A DNA stretch of 64,000 bases from Porticoccus sp. (GTDB taxonomy: Bacteria > Pseudomonadota > Gammaproteobacteria > Pseudomonadales > Porticoccaceae): assembly GCF_002707685.1 (NCBI RefSeq), contig NZ_PANQ01000002.1; one strand, 5' to 3'. The notes under the pieces were generated by a model. That model was not told where the DNA came from. It was given only the letters and a program-made list of their open reading frames with translations, and ran no database searches. Shown piece after piece: positions 1 through 9,328 of the stretch (positions within the stretch are counted from its first letter, which is position 1; every line of letters begins with the position of its first letter). Position numbers and translations under genes: made by a program.

Positions 1-1
1 A

Positions 2-253
2 TCTGGCAAGTCACACATCGAAGCCATTTCCATGTCTCTGCATTGTGCGGGACGGGGCGTACTGGTAACGGCTCTGGTACTGATTGCCAGTGTTGCCGTA
101 TGGCTGTTCTCCTCGCTGCGCTTCCAGGCTGAAATGGGCATGTTGATCGGCCTGTGGCTATTTGTCTCTGCCATGAGTGCACTGTTCCTGATGCCGGCGC
201 TTGCCTTTATCTTCAAGCCGCGCTTCCTGTTTGGTGAAGTACAAAGCCATTAA
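2..253 (+). CDS. C-terminal end of an MMPL/RND-family membrane transporter (partial, runs off window)
   Basis: Frame is open from position 2. It encodes ..EAISMSLHCAGRGVLVTAL..FSSLRFQAEMG.., hydrophobic helices typical of the last MMPL/RND segment. Confidence 0.7.
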   Translation, partial: SGKSHIEAISMSLHCAGRGVLVTALVLIASVAVWLFSSLRFQAEMGMLIGLWLFVSAMSALFLMPALAFIFKPRFLFGEVQSH

Positions 254-285
254 CAGAGAAACAGCTTGAACTTCAATGCAATAAC

Positions 286-316
286 AAACAGGGCCCGAAA
301 GGGCCTTGTTTTTTTG
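286..316 (+). terminator. Rho-independent terminator
   Basis: AAACAGGGCCC-GAAA-GGGCCTTGTTT hairpin followed by a T tract. Confidence 0.85.
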
Positions 317-489
317 TATTCAGGATAGTGAGTCAGGTTTGCCCGTGGCTGAGGGTTTGTTCACATGAATATGCCAGATTTGCCGGGGTTGACACTGACA
401 GTGATCGGAGCTGACAGATACTTTGTCTGTGTTGGCTCAGTCGATGAACGCACTGTTAAATAAAATACGGATTTGACCCAACAACAATA

Positions 490-774
490 ATGAAAATGAA
501 TACCGATGTGCTGGAATTTAATGAATCCTACCGGAATGGTGCAAAAAAGCTGGCTGTTTACCCGCTCTATGGCCTGACCAAACGTGAATCCGAAGTTGTA
601 TTGCGGATCGCGCTGGGCAAGACCAATGATGAGGTGGCGGCACTGTTGGGCATCACCCCGGCTACGGTCAAGCTCCACATGAGAAGTGCGCGGCTCAAGC
701 TGGGCGCCAATAACTCGATCTATCTGATCAGTCGTTGCTTCATGCTGGGTATTTTGCGTGCCGTGTCCGGTTGA
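490..774 (+). CDS. Stand-alone LuxR-type HTH transcriptional regulator (94 aa)
   Basis: LTKRESEVVLRIALGKTNDEVAALLGITPATVKLHMRSARLKLG matches the LuxR/GerE HTH pattern. No sensor domain is present. Confidence 0.8.
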   Translation: MKMNTDVLEFNESYRNGAKKLAVYPLYGLTKRESEVVLRIALGKTNDEVAALLGITPATVKLHMRSARLKLGANNSIYLISRCFMLGILRAVSG

Positions 775-846
775 TTGCCCTGCCGTATTAATGAATGTTT
801 GACACCGCTGCTGGTAGTTCCCCCGACAATCTGGTGGCGGGACGTA

Positions 847-2475
847 TCAGGGAATTCTGAATAATCCCGTGCGGCGGTTGATGTGGTCAAGCAATTGTCG
901 CGTAGACGGGTCAGGTGCACCTACGCCGTTTCTATTGCTGTCATGTTCAGAGAGCAAGCCGGACGCAATGCCTTTGCCGAGTTCGACGCCCCACTGGTCG
1001 TAGGAATTGATGTTCCAGATCGCGCCCTGCACAAAGACCTTGTGCTCATAGAGCGCCAGCACCTGGCCGAGATGGTAGGGTGTGAGCGTATCGAGCAGCA
1101 GTAGGTTGGAGGGTTTGTTGCCGGGACATAATCTGTGGGCCGGGAGATCCGCCTGGTCGCGATTGCCGACCATTAACGCAGATGCCTGTGCCAGTAAATT
1201 CGCCAGCAGTGTGCGGTGGTGTTCATCAATACTGTGGGGTTCATTGACCGCGGCGATCAAGTCGAGCGGTATTAAATGGGTGCTCTGGTGAAACAGCTGA
1301 AAAAAAGTGTGCTGTGCGTTGGTGCCGGTTTGTCCCCAGAGGGCGGGACCAGTCTGGTAATCAATGGTTTCGCCGGATTGCGAGACAGACTTGCCGTTAC
1401 TCTCCATATCGAGTTGTTGCAGATAGCTGGGCAGCTGTGACAAACGCTGGCAGTAGGGGATGATGGCCACTGATGGTGCGTCGAGAAAATTCCGGTACCA
1501 GATACCCAGCAGGGCCATGATAACCGGCAGGTTCTCGGCGAAAGGTGCTGAACGGAAATGCCGATCCATTGCCCGGGCGCCACTTAGCATTTCTGTAAAA
1601 TGCTCGTGTCCCAGACTGATCGAAATGGTCAGTCCCACACAGGACCATACCGAGTAGCGACCACCCACCCACTCATCAAATGTCAGAATCTGTGATGACG
1701 GGATACCGAAAGCTTCGGCGTTTTGACGGCTGGCGGTCAGTGCGATGATCTGGCGGCTGCTCACCAGTCCCGACTGCTGCAGTTTATTCTCCAGCCAGTG
1801 CAGGGTGGTACGTGTGTTTAACAGTGTTTCCTGGGTAGTAAAGGTCTTGCTGGCGACAATCACCAATGTTCGTTCAGGATCGAGTTGATTGAGGGTGTTG
1901 AGTACATCCTCTCCATCCACGTTGGCGATAAAGTGAACCCGCAGATCGGGGTGCCTGTAGGGGCGCAATGCCTGGCAGGCCAGCTGGGGGCCGAGTACTG
2001 AGCCGCCGATGCCGATATGAACGATATCCCGCACGGGTTTGCCCGTGACACCGAGCCACCTGCCTTCGCGGATTGACCTGCTGATAGTCGCCATCTCGGC
2101 CAGTGTGGCACTAATCTGTTCGTCCAGTGGTTGTCCCCCGCACTGGTAACCATCTTCCCGCTCACCTCGCAGTGCCGTGTGAAGTGCAGCGCGCTGTTCC
2201 GAGCTGTTGATTAGATCCCCGTTAAACAGGGCAGCCCGCTGTTGCTCCAATGCGGATTGTTCGGCGAGGGCCAGCAGGGCTGAAAAAATGGTTTCGTCGA
2301 TCAGATTTTTTGAATAATCCAGCAGCAACCCGTCCACCGACAGGGCAAAACGCCGATGGCGATCCGGGTCCTTCTGGAACAGCGACATCAAGTCGAGTCG
2401 TTTGCCTCCCGCTGCCAGTGTTTCCAGCGTATGCCAGGCAGGCAGTGTATCGGGCGGGGAGGTTGTTTTTGTCAT
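847..2475 (-). CDS. pgi: Glucose-6-phosphate isomerase
   Basis: Motifs HIGIGGS, ASKTFTTQET, WVGGRYSVWS, QQLDMESNGK and DQWGVELGK. Confidence 0.97.
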   Translation of the reverse strand: MTKTTSPPDTLPAWHTLETLAAGGKRLDLMSLFQKDPDRHRRFALSVDGLLLDYSKNLIDETIFSALLALAEQSALEQQRAALFNGDLINSSEQRAALHTALRGEREDGYQCGGQPLDEQISATLAEMATISRSIREGRWLGVTGKPVRDIVHIGIGGSVLGPQLACQALRPYRHPDLRVHFIANVDGEDVLNTLNQLDPERTLVIVASKTFTTQETLLNTRTTLHWLENKLQQSGLVSSRQIIALTASRQNAEAFGIPSSQILTFDEWVGGRYSVWSCVGLTISISLGHEHFTEMLSGARAMDRHFRSAPFAENLPVIMALLGIWYRNFLDAPSVAIIPYCQRLSQLPSYLQQLDMESNGKSVSQSGETIDYQTGPALWGQTGTNAQHTFFQLFHQSTHLIPLDLIAAVNEPHSIDEHHRTLLANLLAQASALMVGNRDQADLPAHRLCPGNKPSNLLLLDTLTPYHLGQVLALYEHKVFVQGAIWNINSYDQWGVELGKGIASGLLSEHDSNRNGVGAPDPSTRQLLDHINRRTGLFRIP

Positions 2476-2600
2476 GCGGGGGACTCGTTTTAATTTGATC
2501 GCTATCTGATTTTGTCGGTCAGTATCGCATACGCGATGATGAACGGTTGGTATGGAAAGGTCTGGCCGTAGTTTGTCGTATTATTTTAACACCGGTCACT

Positions 2601-3614
2601 CTACAGATGTCGGCCCATGACCAGGCAGGTATCCAGCATGCGGTTGGAAAACCCCCACTCATTGTCATACCAGGCGAGGACCTTGACCAGCTGGTCGCAA
2701 ACCCGGGTGTGTGTGCCATCGAAAATACTGGAATAGGCGGAGTGGTTGAAATCGACGGACACCATCGGCTCATCCGTATAGGCGAGCACTTTACCCAGTG
2801 GGCCGCGAGCTGCCTGCTGCATGATATCGTTCACCTCGGTCGCAGTGGTGGCCCGGCCGGCCGTAAAGGTGAGATCCACCAGCGACACATTGGCGGTGGG
2901 TACCCTGACGGCCATGCCGTCCAGCTTTCCCGACAGTTCGGGCAGCACCAGACCGATGGCTTTGGCAGCGCCCGTGCGGGTGGGAATCATGGATAGCGTG
3001 GCCGAGCGCGCCCGGTAAAGATCTTCGTGGTAGACATCCACCAGATGCTGGTCATTGGTGTAGGCATGAATTGTGGTCATGAAACCCGTTTCAATGCCGA
3101 GTGCTGCGGACAGCGGTTGAACCAGCGGTGCCAGACAATTGGTGGTACAGGAGGCATTGGATACGATCCGGTGTTCGGCGGTCAGCAGTGTGTGATTGAT
3201 ACCGAACACGATGGTGGCATCCACATCCTTGCCCGGTGCTGAAATCAGCACTTTTCTGGCTCCGGCCTGTAAATGCCCGGCGGCCTTTTCCCGGTCGGTA
3301 AAGTGTCCCGTGCATTCCAGAACGATATCCACCTGCAACGCCAGCCAGGGGAGGTTTGCCGGATTCGGCTCGGCGAGCACCCTGATGGCGTCCTCGCCGA
3401 TGAACAGGGTCTCGTCGTCGTGGCTCACCGGCTGGTGGAATTGACCGTGAACACTGTCAAACCGGGTCAGGTGCGCGTTGATGGCCACATTGCCCTGATC
3501 ATTGATCGCGACAATGGTCATCTGCTCCCTGAGCTCTGGTTTTTCGTAAAAAGCCCTGAGGATATTCCTGCCGATACGGCCGTAGCCGTTAATTGCTATG
3601 CGCAGCATGCTCAC
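2601..3614 (-). CDS. gap: Type I glyceraldehyde-3-phosphate dehydrogenase
   Basis: [19 protein letters not shown] and [16 protein letters not shown] and TGAAKA favour GAPDH over Epd. Confidence 0.9.
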   Translation of the reverse strand: MSMLRIAINGYGRIGRNILRAFYEKPELREQMTIVAINDQGNVAINAHLTRFDSVHGQFHQPVSHDDETLFIGEDAIRVLAEPNPANLPWLALQVDIVLECTGHFTDREKAAGHLQAGARKVLISAPGKDVDATIVFGINHTLLTAEHRIVSNASCTTNCLAPLVQPLSAALGIETGFMTTIHAYTNDQHLVDVYHEDLYRARSATLSMIPTRTGAAKAIGLVLPELSGKLDGMAVRVPTANVSLVDLTFTAGRATTATEVNDIMQQAARGPLGKVLAYTDEPMVSVDFNHSAYSSIFDGTHTRVCDQLVKVLAWYDNEWGFSNRMLDTCLVMGRHL

Positions 3615-3767
3615 CTCCCTTCAAAGCCTATTATTGCCTGATTGGCCGTCCAACAACATCCCCAATTTAGGCCGTGGCAATAGGCGACAAACCTTCCGTG
3701 TCATATAACCAAAATGGCTTTTCGACTTGACTCTCCGGAGTCACTTCAATATATTACGCGGCCTCAC

Positions 3768-3844
3768 GCACTCGTAGCTCAGCTGGATAGAGTACTCGGC
3801 TACGAACCGAGCGGTCGGAGGTTCGAATCCTCCCGAGTGCGCCA
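3768..3844 (+). tRNA. tRNA-Arg(ACG)
   Basis: 77-nt cloverleaf GCACTCG...CGAGTGCGCCA. Anticodon arm CTCGG-CTACGAA-CCGAG, T-loop GTTCGAA, encoded CCA. Confidence 0.98.
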
Positions 3845-3848
3845 TTTC

Positions 3849-3883
3849 AATAAAAAACCCGGCCTTGTGCCGGGTTTTTTATT
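3849..3883. terminator. Bidirectional intrinsic terminator after tRNA-Arg
   Basis: AATAAAAAACCCGGC-CTTGT-GCCGGGTTTTTTATT perfect inverted repeat. Confidence 0.9.
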
Positions 3884-3911
3884 GAATCGATTTTGAGAGT
3901 TCGAACCGATT

Positions 3912-4016
3912 GGAGGTTCGACAACTTCCGTGAGGAAGTTGGACCCAGCAACCGCAGGTTGCGCAGCCCCGCAGGGGGCAAAGCGGCCATAAGCCGTTTT
4001 GAGTCAATCCTCCCGA
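3912..4016 (+). repeat. Duplicated tRNA-Arg T-arm interrupted by an 85-bp four-hairpin cassette
   Basis: GGAGGTTCGA (3912-3921) and ATCCTCCCGA (4007-4016) are identical to tRNA nt 3817-3836 and flank four tandem hairpins. Confidence 0.75.
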
Positions 4017-4224
4017 AGTTCAAGCCGAGCACATAGATGTGAGACAGCCCGCGGCCCAGAGGCGGTGACCCAAGTAATCCTCCTTGACGAGTTATAAGCG
4101 GCTACATACGGTCACAACTCTGCAAACTGGTCGTATTGCCGGCCCGCCATCAGAGCTGACGGTCGTTCAACGGCGTGCAAAATGGCGATTTGTAGATACT
4201 CTCCCGAAGCGTCCGCCATAAAGC

Positions 4225-4251
4225 AAAACCTCGCCTTTTCAGGCGGGTTTT
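4225..4251. terminator. Intrinsic terminator downstream of the DAACS symporter
   Basis: AAAACCTCGCC-TTTTCA-GGCGGGTTTT hairpin with A/T flanks. Confidence 0.7.
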
Positions 4252-4294
4252 CTGTCATTGAGGATATTTGAAGGGGCTCAGTCTATACCGATGA

Positions 4295-5740
4295 CTATCC
4301 CTCTCGCAGGTTGTTTGTGTTGGTGAGTACGTCCTCACCAGTTTGTTCGCGAACGATTTCCTGCTGCTGCTCCTTGAGCCGCTCGGCATGGTGGCTGAGA
4401 TTGCTGCCCACCCATTGATCCATCAGTTTTGCGGTCACCAGGTCGCCACTGACATTGATGGCTGTGCGACACATATCGAGTATCCGGTCAACCCCCATGA
4501 TGAGTGCGATGCCCGCAGCCGGTATGCCGACACTGTCGAGAACCATGGCGAGTATGACGATACCCACCCCCGGGGTTGCCGGTGAACCGATTGATGCACC
4601 AACCGCAGTGATCACGATCAATACCATGCCGCCAAGTCCGATATCGATGCCGAATACCTGCGCGATAAACATGGCTGCCACACCCTGATAGAGTGCCGTG
4701 CCGTTCATGTTGATGGTGGCGCCCAGCGGGATCACGAACTGCGATATGGAGGGTCTGACGCCGAGTTTTTCCTCAGCCACCTTGATGGATAGCGGCATTA
4801 CGGCTGCGGAGCTGGAGGTGGAAAAGGCCAGCAACAGCACCTCCTTGATGTCGTTGAGGAAGGTCAGCGGGTGTCGCCTTGCCACGATCAGAATAATCAA
4901 CAAATACAAACCCAGTAACACCAATAAGCCCAGCAGGACTGTGATGACATAGACGGCCATGCCCAGCAGGGCATCGATGCCGAGCTTGGCGGTCAGCTGT
5001 AGTATTAACCCGAACACGGCGATCGGTGCCAACAGCATGGCCCAGCGGACGACGGTCATGCAGACTTCCTGGAGGGAGCCCATCAAATCAAGCAGTGGCT
5101 TGGCCTGCAGTGGTGTCATCATCACCAGTGCCACACCCATGATCATGGCGAAAATGACCACCTCCAGCATATTGCTTTCCACCATCGCGGAGAGCGGATT
5201 AGAGGGCAGTAGCGTGACGATTTTTTGCGGCAGCTCATCGAGTACGGGGTTGCCGGACGCTTCTGCCGTCGGGATTGTCTCGATCAGCGAAGCGAGCTGC
5301 AGTGCCTGCTGGTCGACGTATTGCCCCGGCTTGATAAGGTTGGCGATGGTGATGCCAATCACGATGGCGATGGCTGTGGTAAAGATAAAATACAGCACCA
5401 CCCTGAAACCGGTTTTCTTGAGCTGATCCAGATCCTCTGTGGCCGCCAGCCCCCGAATGATGGAGGCAAAAACCAGCGGAATGACAATCATCTGAATCAG
5501 GGCGAGAAAGAGTTTGCCCGGCAGTGCCAGCCAGTCGCTGATGGCGGCAGCATCGGCCGGTGAGACCCAGCCCAGGCTGGGCCCCATCAGAATGCCGACG
5601 ACAATGCCGAGAAACATGCCAACCAGCACCTGCAGCCACAGTTTGCCCCTGATCAACCCCTGCAGGGACGCGCTTAGATATTTAAGTGAGCGGGGCTGAA
5701 GAGCCTTGACGGTAGAACTGAGAAGGTTGTGATTTGGCAT
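4295..5740 (-). CDS. Dicarboxylate/amino acid:cation symporter (DAACS, GltP-like)
   Basis: AFSTSSSAAVMP, PLGATINMNGTALY and GVDRILDMCRTAINVSGD motifs. Confidence 0.95.
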   Translation of the reverse strand: MPNHNLLSSTVKALQPRSLKYLSASLQGLIRGKLWLQVLVGMFLGIVVGILMGPSLGWVSPADAAAISDWLALPGKLFLALIQMIVIPLVFASIIRGLAATEDLDQLKKTGFRVVLYFIFTTAIAIVIGITIANLIKPGQYVDQQALQLASLIETIPTAEASGNPVLDELPQKIVTLLPSNPLSAMVESNMLEVVIFAMIMGVALVMMTPLQAKPLLDLMGSLQEVCMTVVRWAMLLAPIAVFGLILQLTAKLGIDALLGMAVYVITVLLGLLVLLGLYLLIILIVARRHPLTFLNDIKEVLLLAFSTSSSAAVMPLSIKVAEEKLGVRPSISQFVIPLGATINMNGTALYQGVAAMFIAQVFGIDIGLGGMVLIVITAVGASIGSPATPGVGIVILAMVLDSVGIPAAGIALIMGVDRILDMCRTAINVSGDLVTAKLMDQWVGSNLSHHAERLKEQQQEIVREQTGEDVLTNTNNLREG

Positions 5741-5815
5741 GGCGGGTAATCACTTTTTAACGTCCGGGGAGATACTGTCGCACATGGTGCACGGAGGGGC
5801 CAGCGTCCCGGAAGG

Positions 5816-8800
5816 TCAGGGGCGCTCGATTCTCCAGAGGATATCCATGCTCTGCGTTGCGCCGGATTCAGCCCGGATCCTGAATTTTTTGGAGATCGAG
5901 TACTCGAGCAGTAAACCGGCATTGGGTGAGACAATGTTCTGAATATAGCTGGCGTAGAGCCTCGGCGTGAGGTATTTGCCAAAGGTGATGGCGCTCTCTT
6001 CGATACCGCCATCGCTGGAGACCGACAGCACGTCGAGCCCGAGTTGTTGTTGCAGCTGCCCGGTCAGTGAGCCGCTCTGGCTAAAGCCCAACGATGCGGC
6101 GGCATTGATCAGGGTCGATCCCTCTGTCTGGGTGGTTCCCGCCAGGGATTTGCCAGTGATCAGCATGGCCAGGATCTCCGTCTGTGGCAGGGTGGGGCTT
6201 GAAAACAGGTCGCTGGTCAATGTGCCCGGTACCCCATCTATCTGGATACCCACCAGCGTGTCGCCTACTGTCCGGGAGGCACGGGCATGAATCAGTGGGT
6301 TGTCCGGTGCCCCCTGAAAAACCAGCCTGCCGGAGTCAATCGTCAATGCCTGTCCGTAGATTCGGTAGATACCATCGACTATCTGCAGAATACCTTCCGC
6401 CCGCACTGGTTGGGTCGGTTTTTCGCTGAGACGGAGTTTTCCCGTGATCTGTCCGTGGATGCCAAAACCGCTGAATTGGATATTGTCTCCCAGCTCAAGG
6501 GCGACATCCGCTAACAGGTTGAGTGGGGGACGTTTTTTTTCCACTGGTATGGTCTGGTCAATAATCAGTGCATCTTCTGAGACGGTAACGGCACTGGCGG
6601 GCATGTCCTTGAGCGCAATCTCGGCATCGGGGACCTGAATCTTGCCGGTGATGTGCAGTTGCTCCGGAGTCACCACTATTTTCAGGGTTGGGCTGAGGCT
6701 GGCCTTGATTGTCTCCAGGTCAACCGTCTTTACTCCCACTCCGGTCAGAAACAGTTCACCGCGCCAGTCGTCGGGCCGGCGGACTTCAAACAGGCCGTTC
6801 ATCGCCAGTGACCCCTCTCCGGAGTCCACTGTGCCGTCCAGCTGCCAGCTTGTCCGGTCACGGTGTTTCAGTTGCAGGTCGCCGTTGGCCAGATGAATAC
6901 CGAGCTGCGGAACATAGGCGGATAGACCGTTCAACTGAAGTTGTCCTGACAGCACCGGTCGGTCGGCCGTACCAGCAAACCTGATGAACGCATTGGCGCG
7001 ACCCTGCAACTCGTCGACAGAGGTAACAAAGGGGTTCAGCCAATCCAGTTTGTCCAACTCAAGGTGGAGGGTGCCGTCAATAGCCCGATCCGCTTCTGTC
7101 AGTGGCCAATGGAGCTGGATCCGGGCGTTGCCGGTATCGGTAAACTCAGTGTTTCCGGTGAGCTCCAGCTGTTGTCGTTCGAGGCGGATGTCAAGGTCGG
7201 TATTGTCCAGGATGACCTGTCGCCGTTTTTTGGCGCTGTCGTCAACGGTGAATCGGGCCGCTGCGGTACTGAGGGACAATTGCCCGACCAGCGTTTCATC
7301 CCAGCCCGCAAGTTTGAGGTCGCCATTGATTTCGCCAGTGAGAGCGCTGTTGCCCGGTAGCCAGGGTTGTAACCATTGCAGAGGTAGGTGGTGGAGGGTG
7401 GCTGTGGTCTTGATACCGGTTTTTTGATGCCACGTCAGATGGCCGCAGGCAGCCCTGTCGAGCTGTTTCCAGCAGTGCGCCTTAAGCTCGGCACCGTGCT
7501 CTGAAATCCGGCCTTCGACGCCGTTATCCAACTGCCAGTTACCAATCAGCGGGGCGCCGATTTTGCTGTCCGAAATTCGGGTCTGCCATTCGCCCTGTTG
7601 CCAGTGACCGCTACCCTGCAAGGTCAATGTCAGGTCCTGCTGCGTTGCGGAAAGCTGATAATGGTGCTTTTCGGGTCGTCCACTGGCCTTGAGTTGCAGG
7701 TCGGTCTCTCGCTGTTGGTCGCCGGCCAGTGAACCCGACAGCGCCAAGTCTATATGCTGCTGGCCGTCTTTGTCGATGTTGAGACGCAGGTCCAGCGAGC
7801 GAATGCTGTGCCCGTCAAAGGCCAGTTTTTCGGCGCTGGCGGTACCCTGAATCACAGGTAAGTGGTCTGGTGAGAGGGTGCCTCCCCGACTGGAAACCTG
7901 GCCCGTGGAGAGCAGTTTGCCGGAGAGGCCGGGGTAGAGCTCCGCCAGATTATTGGCAGTGAGCTGCCAGTTGAGTGGGGTCTTGCCGTCCCACTCCCCG
8001 TTCACCCGCAGATGGTTATCACCGATCTGGGCGGTAAAGCCACGGCTGGAATACACGCCCTGCCGGGAGGACAGCTGACCGCGCAGTGTCACCGGGTAAC
8101 CGTTCAGAGAGCCTGTCAACTGGTCTATTTCCGCGTCTACCGACAGGCCCTGATCCGTATAGCTGCCGGTGGTGGAGAGCATGCCCGCCAGCTTGCCTGA
8201 CAGCTTCTGGTCCAGAAAATAGCCGGGATCAACCTCGTCGAGGTTGATAGCCAGTTGCCAGTTGGGTGTTGTTTGCCAGGCCAGGTCCCCCTGAATACCG
8301 AGTTTGCCAGCTTCGGAGTGCAGATCAATGTGCTCGAGATGCAGGCCCTGACGATCGCCCCGGAGGTCAACAGCAACCTGTTGTGTGGGTAATGGCGATG
8401 GGGATTGCAGGCTCAGATCAAATGCGCCCTGCAATTGATAGTTATCCAGTGAACCGGTGAGCCTCAATTGCCCACGCGAGTTGATGGCGGGCAGGTCTGG
8501 CCAGACAGTCCGGTTGTCAATGGTCCAGTCATTGACCACATTCACCGAGATGGCCAGTGGGTTCAACGTTCCCCGGTCCCAATCCGCGCCACTGATCAGA
8601 GTCCCGCTGGTGGAGAGACTGAAGGGCGCCGCCAGTCGGTGTTCAATGGTCATAGTGGCCAGGTTGCCGCCCAGTCTGGCCTCGCCCTCGAAGTGGTTTT
8701 GCTGGAATTCGGTGTGCCACTGGAGTGCGATATTGAGCCGATAGGGAGGTTTTGCCCTGATGGTGCCCTGCAGTGCCAGCTGTTGTTCTGGCTGGCGGAG

Positions 8801-9328
8801 GATCAGTTCCCGCAATTCAATACCGAGCAGGTTGATGCTGCCGGCGGCGGAGATTGTCTCCAGCGCCAGGGAATCCGGGCCGCTGCGGTAGCGGAACCGG
8901 TCGATGGTGAGGCGTTCCAGGGTTACCGGCATGACACTGTTCAGGCTGGGCCATACGAACTTTGATGGGGGATCCGTGGTGGCGGGCTCCAGATGGACTT
9001 GCAGGTCAGCGAATTCAAGGGACTGGATAGGGACTTGGCCGCCCAGTAGCCCGAGTAGCTGCCATTGTCCTGCGGCAGAGGTAGCGGTGATCTGCAGGCC
9101 AGATCGTTCGATGACCAGCCCTGTAAAAGCGATCCCCTCCATCAGGGTGCCATCCATTTTGTTCCAGCTGATGTGGGTGCCACTGAAAGAAACGGCCTTT
9201 GCCACCAGCCAGTGGCTTCCTGGACGGGTGGCGAGCAACAGGTAGGCAGCGATCAATAGTGCCGCGCCCAGGGCGATCAATGCCCCTGATGAGAGCAGCA
9301 CACTGCGGGCTATCAGGCGCCGGTTCAC
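5816..9328 (-). CDS. tamB: Translocation and assembly module TamB (DUF490)
   Basis: 1170 aa with an N-terminal anchor and a DUF490-like C-terminus (..GKYLTPRLYASY..). Lies directly downstream of tamA. Confidence 0.9.
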   Translation of the reverse strand: MNRRLIARSVLLSSGALIALGAALLIAAYLLLATRPGSHWLVAKAVSFSGTHISWNKMDGTLMEGIAFTGLVIERSGLQITATSAAGQWQLLGLLGGQVPIQSLEFADLQVHLEPATTDPPSKFVWPSLNSVMPVTLERLTIDRFRYRSGPDSLALETISAAGSINLLGIELRELILRQPEQQLALQGTIRAKPPYRLNIALQWHTEFQQNHFEGEARLGGNLATMTIEHRLAAPFSLSTSGTLISGADWDRGTLNPLAISVNVVNDWTIDNRTVWPDLPAINSRGQLRLTGSLDNYQLQGAFDLSLQSPSPLPTQQVAVDLRGDRQGLHLEHIDLHSEAGKLGIQGDLAWQTTPNWQLAINLDEVDPGYFLDQKLSGKLAGMLSTTGSYTDQGLSVDAEIDQLTGSLNGYPVTLRGQLSSRQGVYSSRGFTAQIGDNHLRVNGEWDGKTPLNWQLTANNLAELYPGLSGKLLSTGQVSSRGGTLSPDHLPVIQGTASAEKLAFDGHSIRSLDLRLNIDKDGQQHIDLALSGSLAGDQQRETDLQLKASGRPEKHHYQLSATQQDLTLTLQGSGHWQQGEWQTRISDSKIGAPLIGNWQLDNGVEGRISEHGAELKAHCWKQLDRAACGHLTWHQKTGIKTTATLHHLPLQWLQPWLPGNSALTGEINGDLKLAGWDETLVGQLSLSTAAARFTVDDSAKKRRQVILDNTDLDIRLERQQLELTGNTEFTDTGNARIQLHWPLTEADRAIDGTLHLELDKLDWLNPFVTSVDELQGRANAFIRFAGTADRPVLSGQLQLNGLSAYVPQLGIHLANGDLQLKHRDRTSWQLDGTVDSGEGSLAMNGLFEVRRPDDWRGELFLTGVGVKTVDLETIKASLSPTLKIVVTPEQLHITGKIQVPDAEIALKDMPASAVTVSEDALIIDQTIPVEKKRPPLNLLADVALELGDNIQFSGFGIHGQITGKLRLSEKPTQPVRAEGILQIVDGIYRIYGQALTIDSGRLVFQGAPDNPLIHARASRTVGDTLVGIQIDGVPGTLTSDLFSSPTLPQTEILAMLITGKSLAGTTQTEGSTLINAAASLGFSQSGSLTGQLQQQLGLDVLSVSSDGGIEESAITFGKYLTPRLYASYIQNIVSPNAGLLLEYSISKKFRIRAESGATQSMDILWRIERP

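Noticed and set aside
2601-3614. Erythrose-4-phosphate dehydrogenase (epd), given pdxB in the window
   Set aside because: The HAYTNDQ and TGAAKA motifs fit GAPDH better than the Epd-type HSAMNDQ. Not excluded without a phylogeny.
3645-3662. HexR operator upstream of gap
   Set aside because: Only a half-site-like ACAACAT is present, with no matching inverted half.
3912-4016. Second functional tRNA or intron-containing tRNA
   Set aside because: There is no D-arm, anticodon arm or CCA end. Only the T-arm and a few acceptor bases are duplicated.
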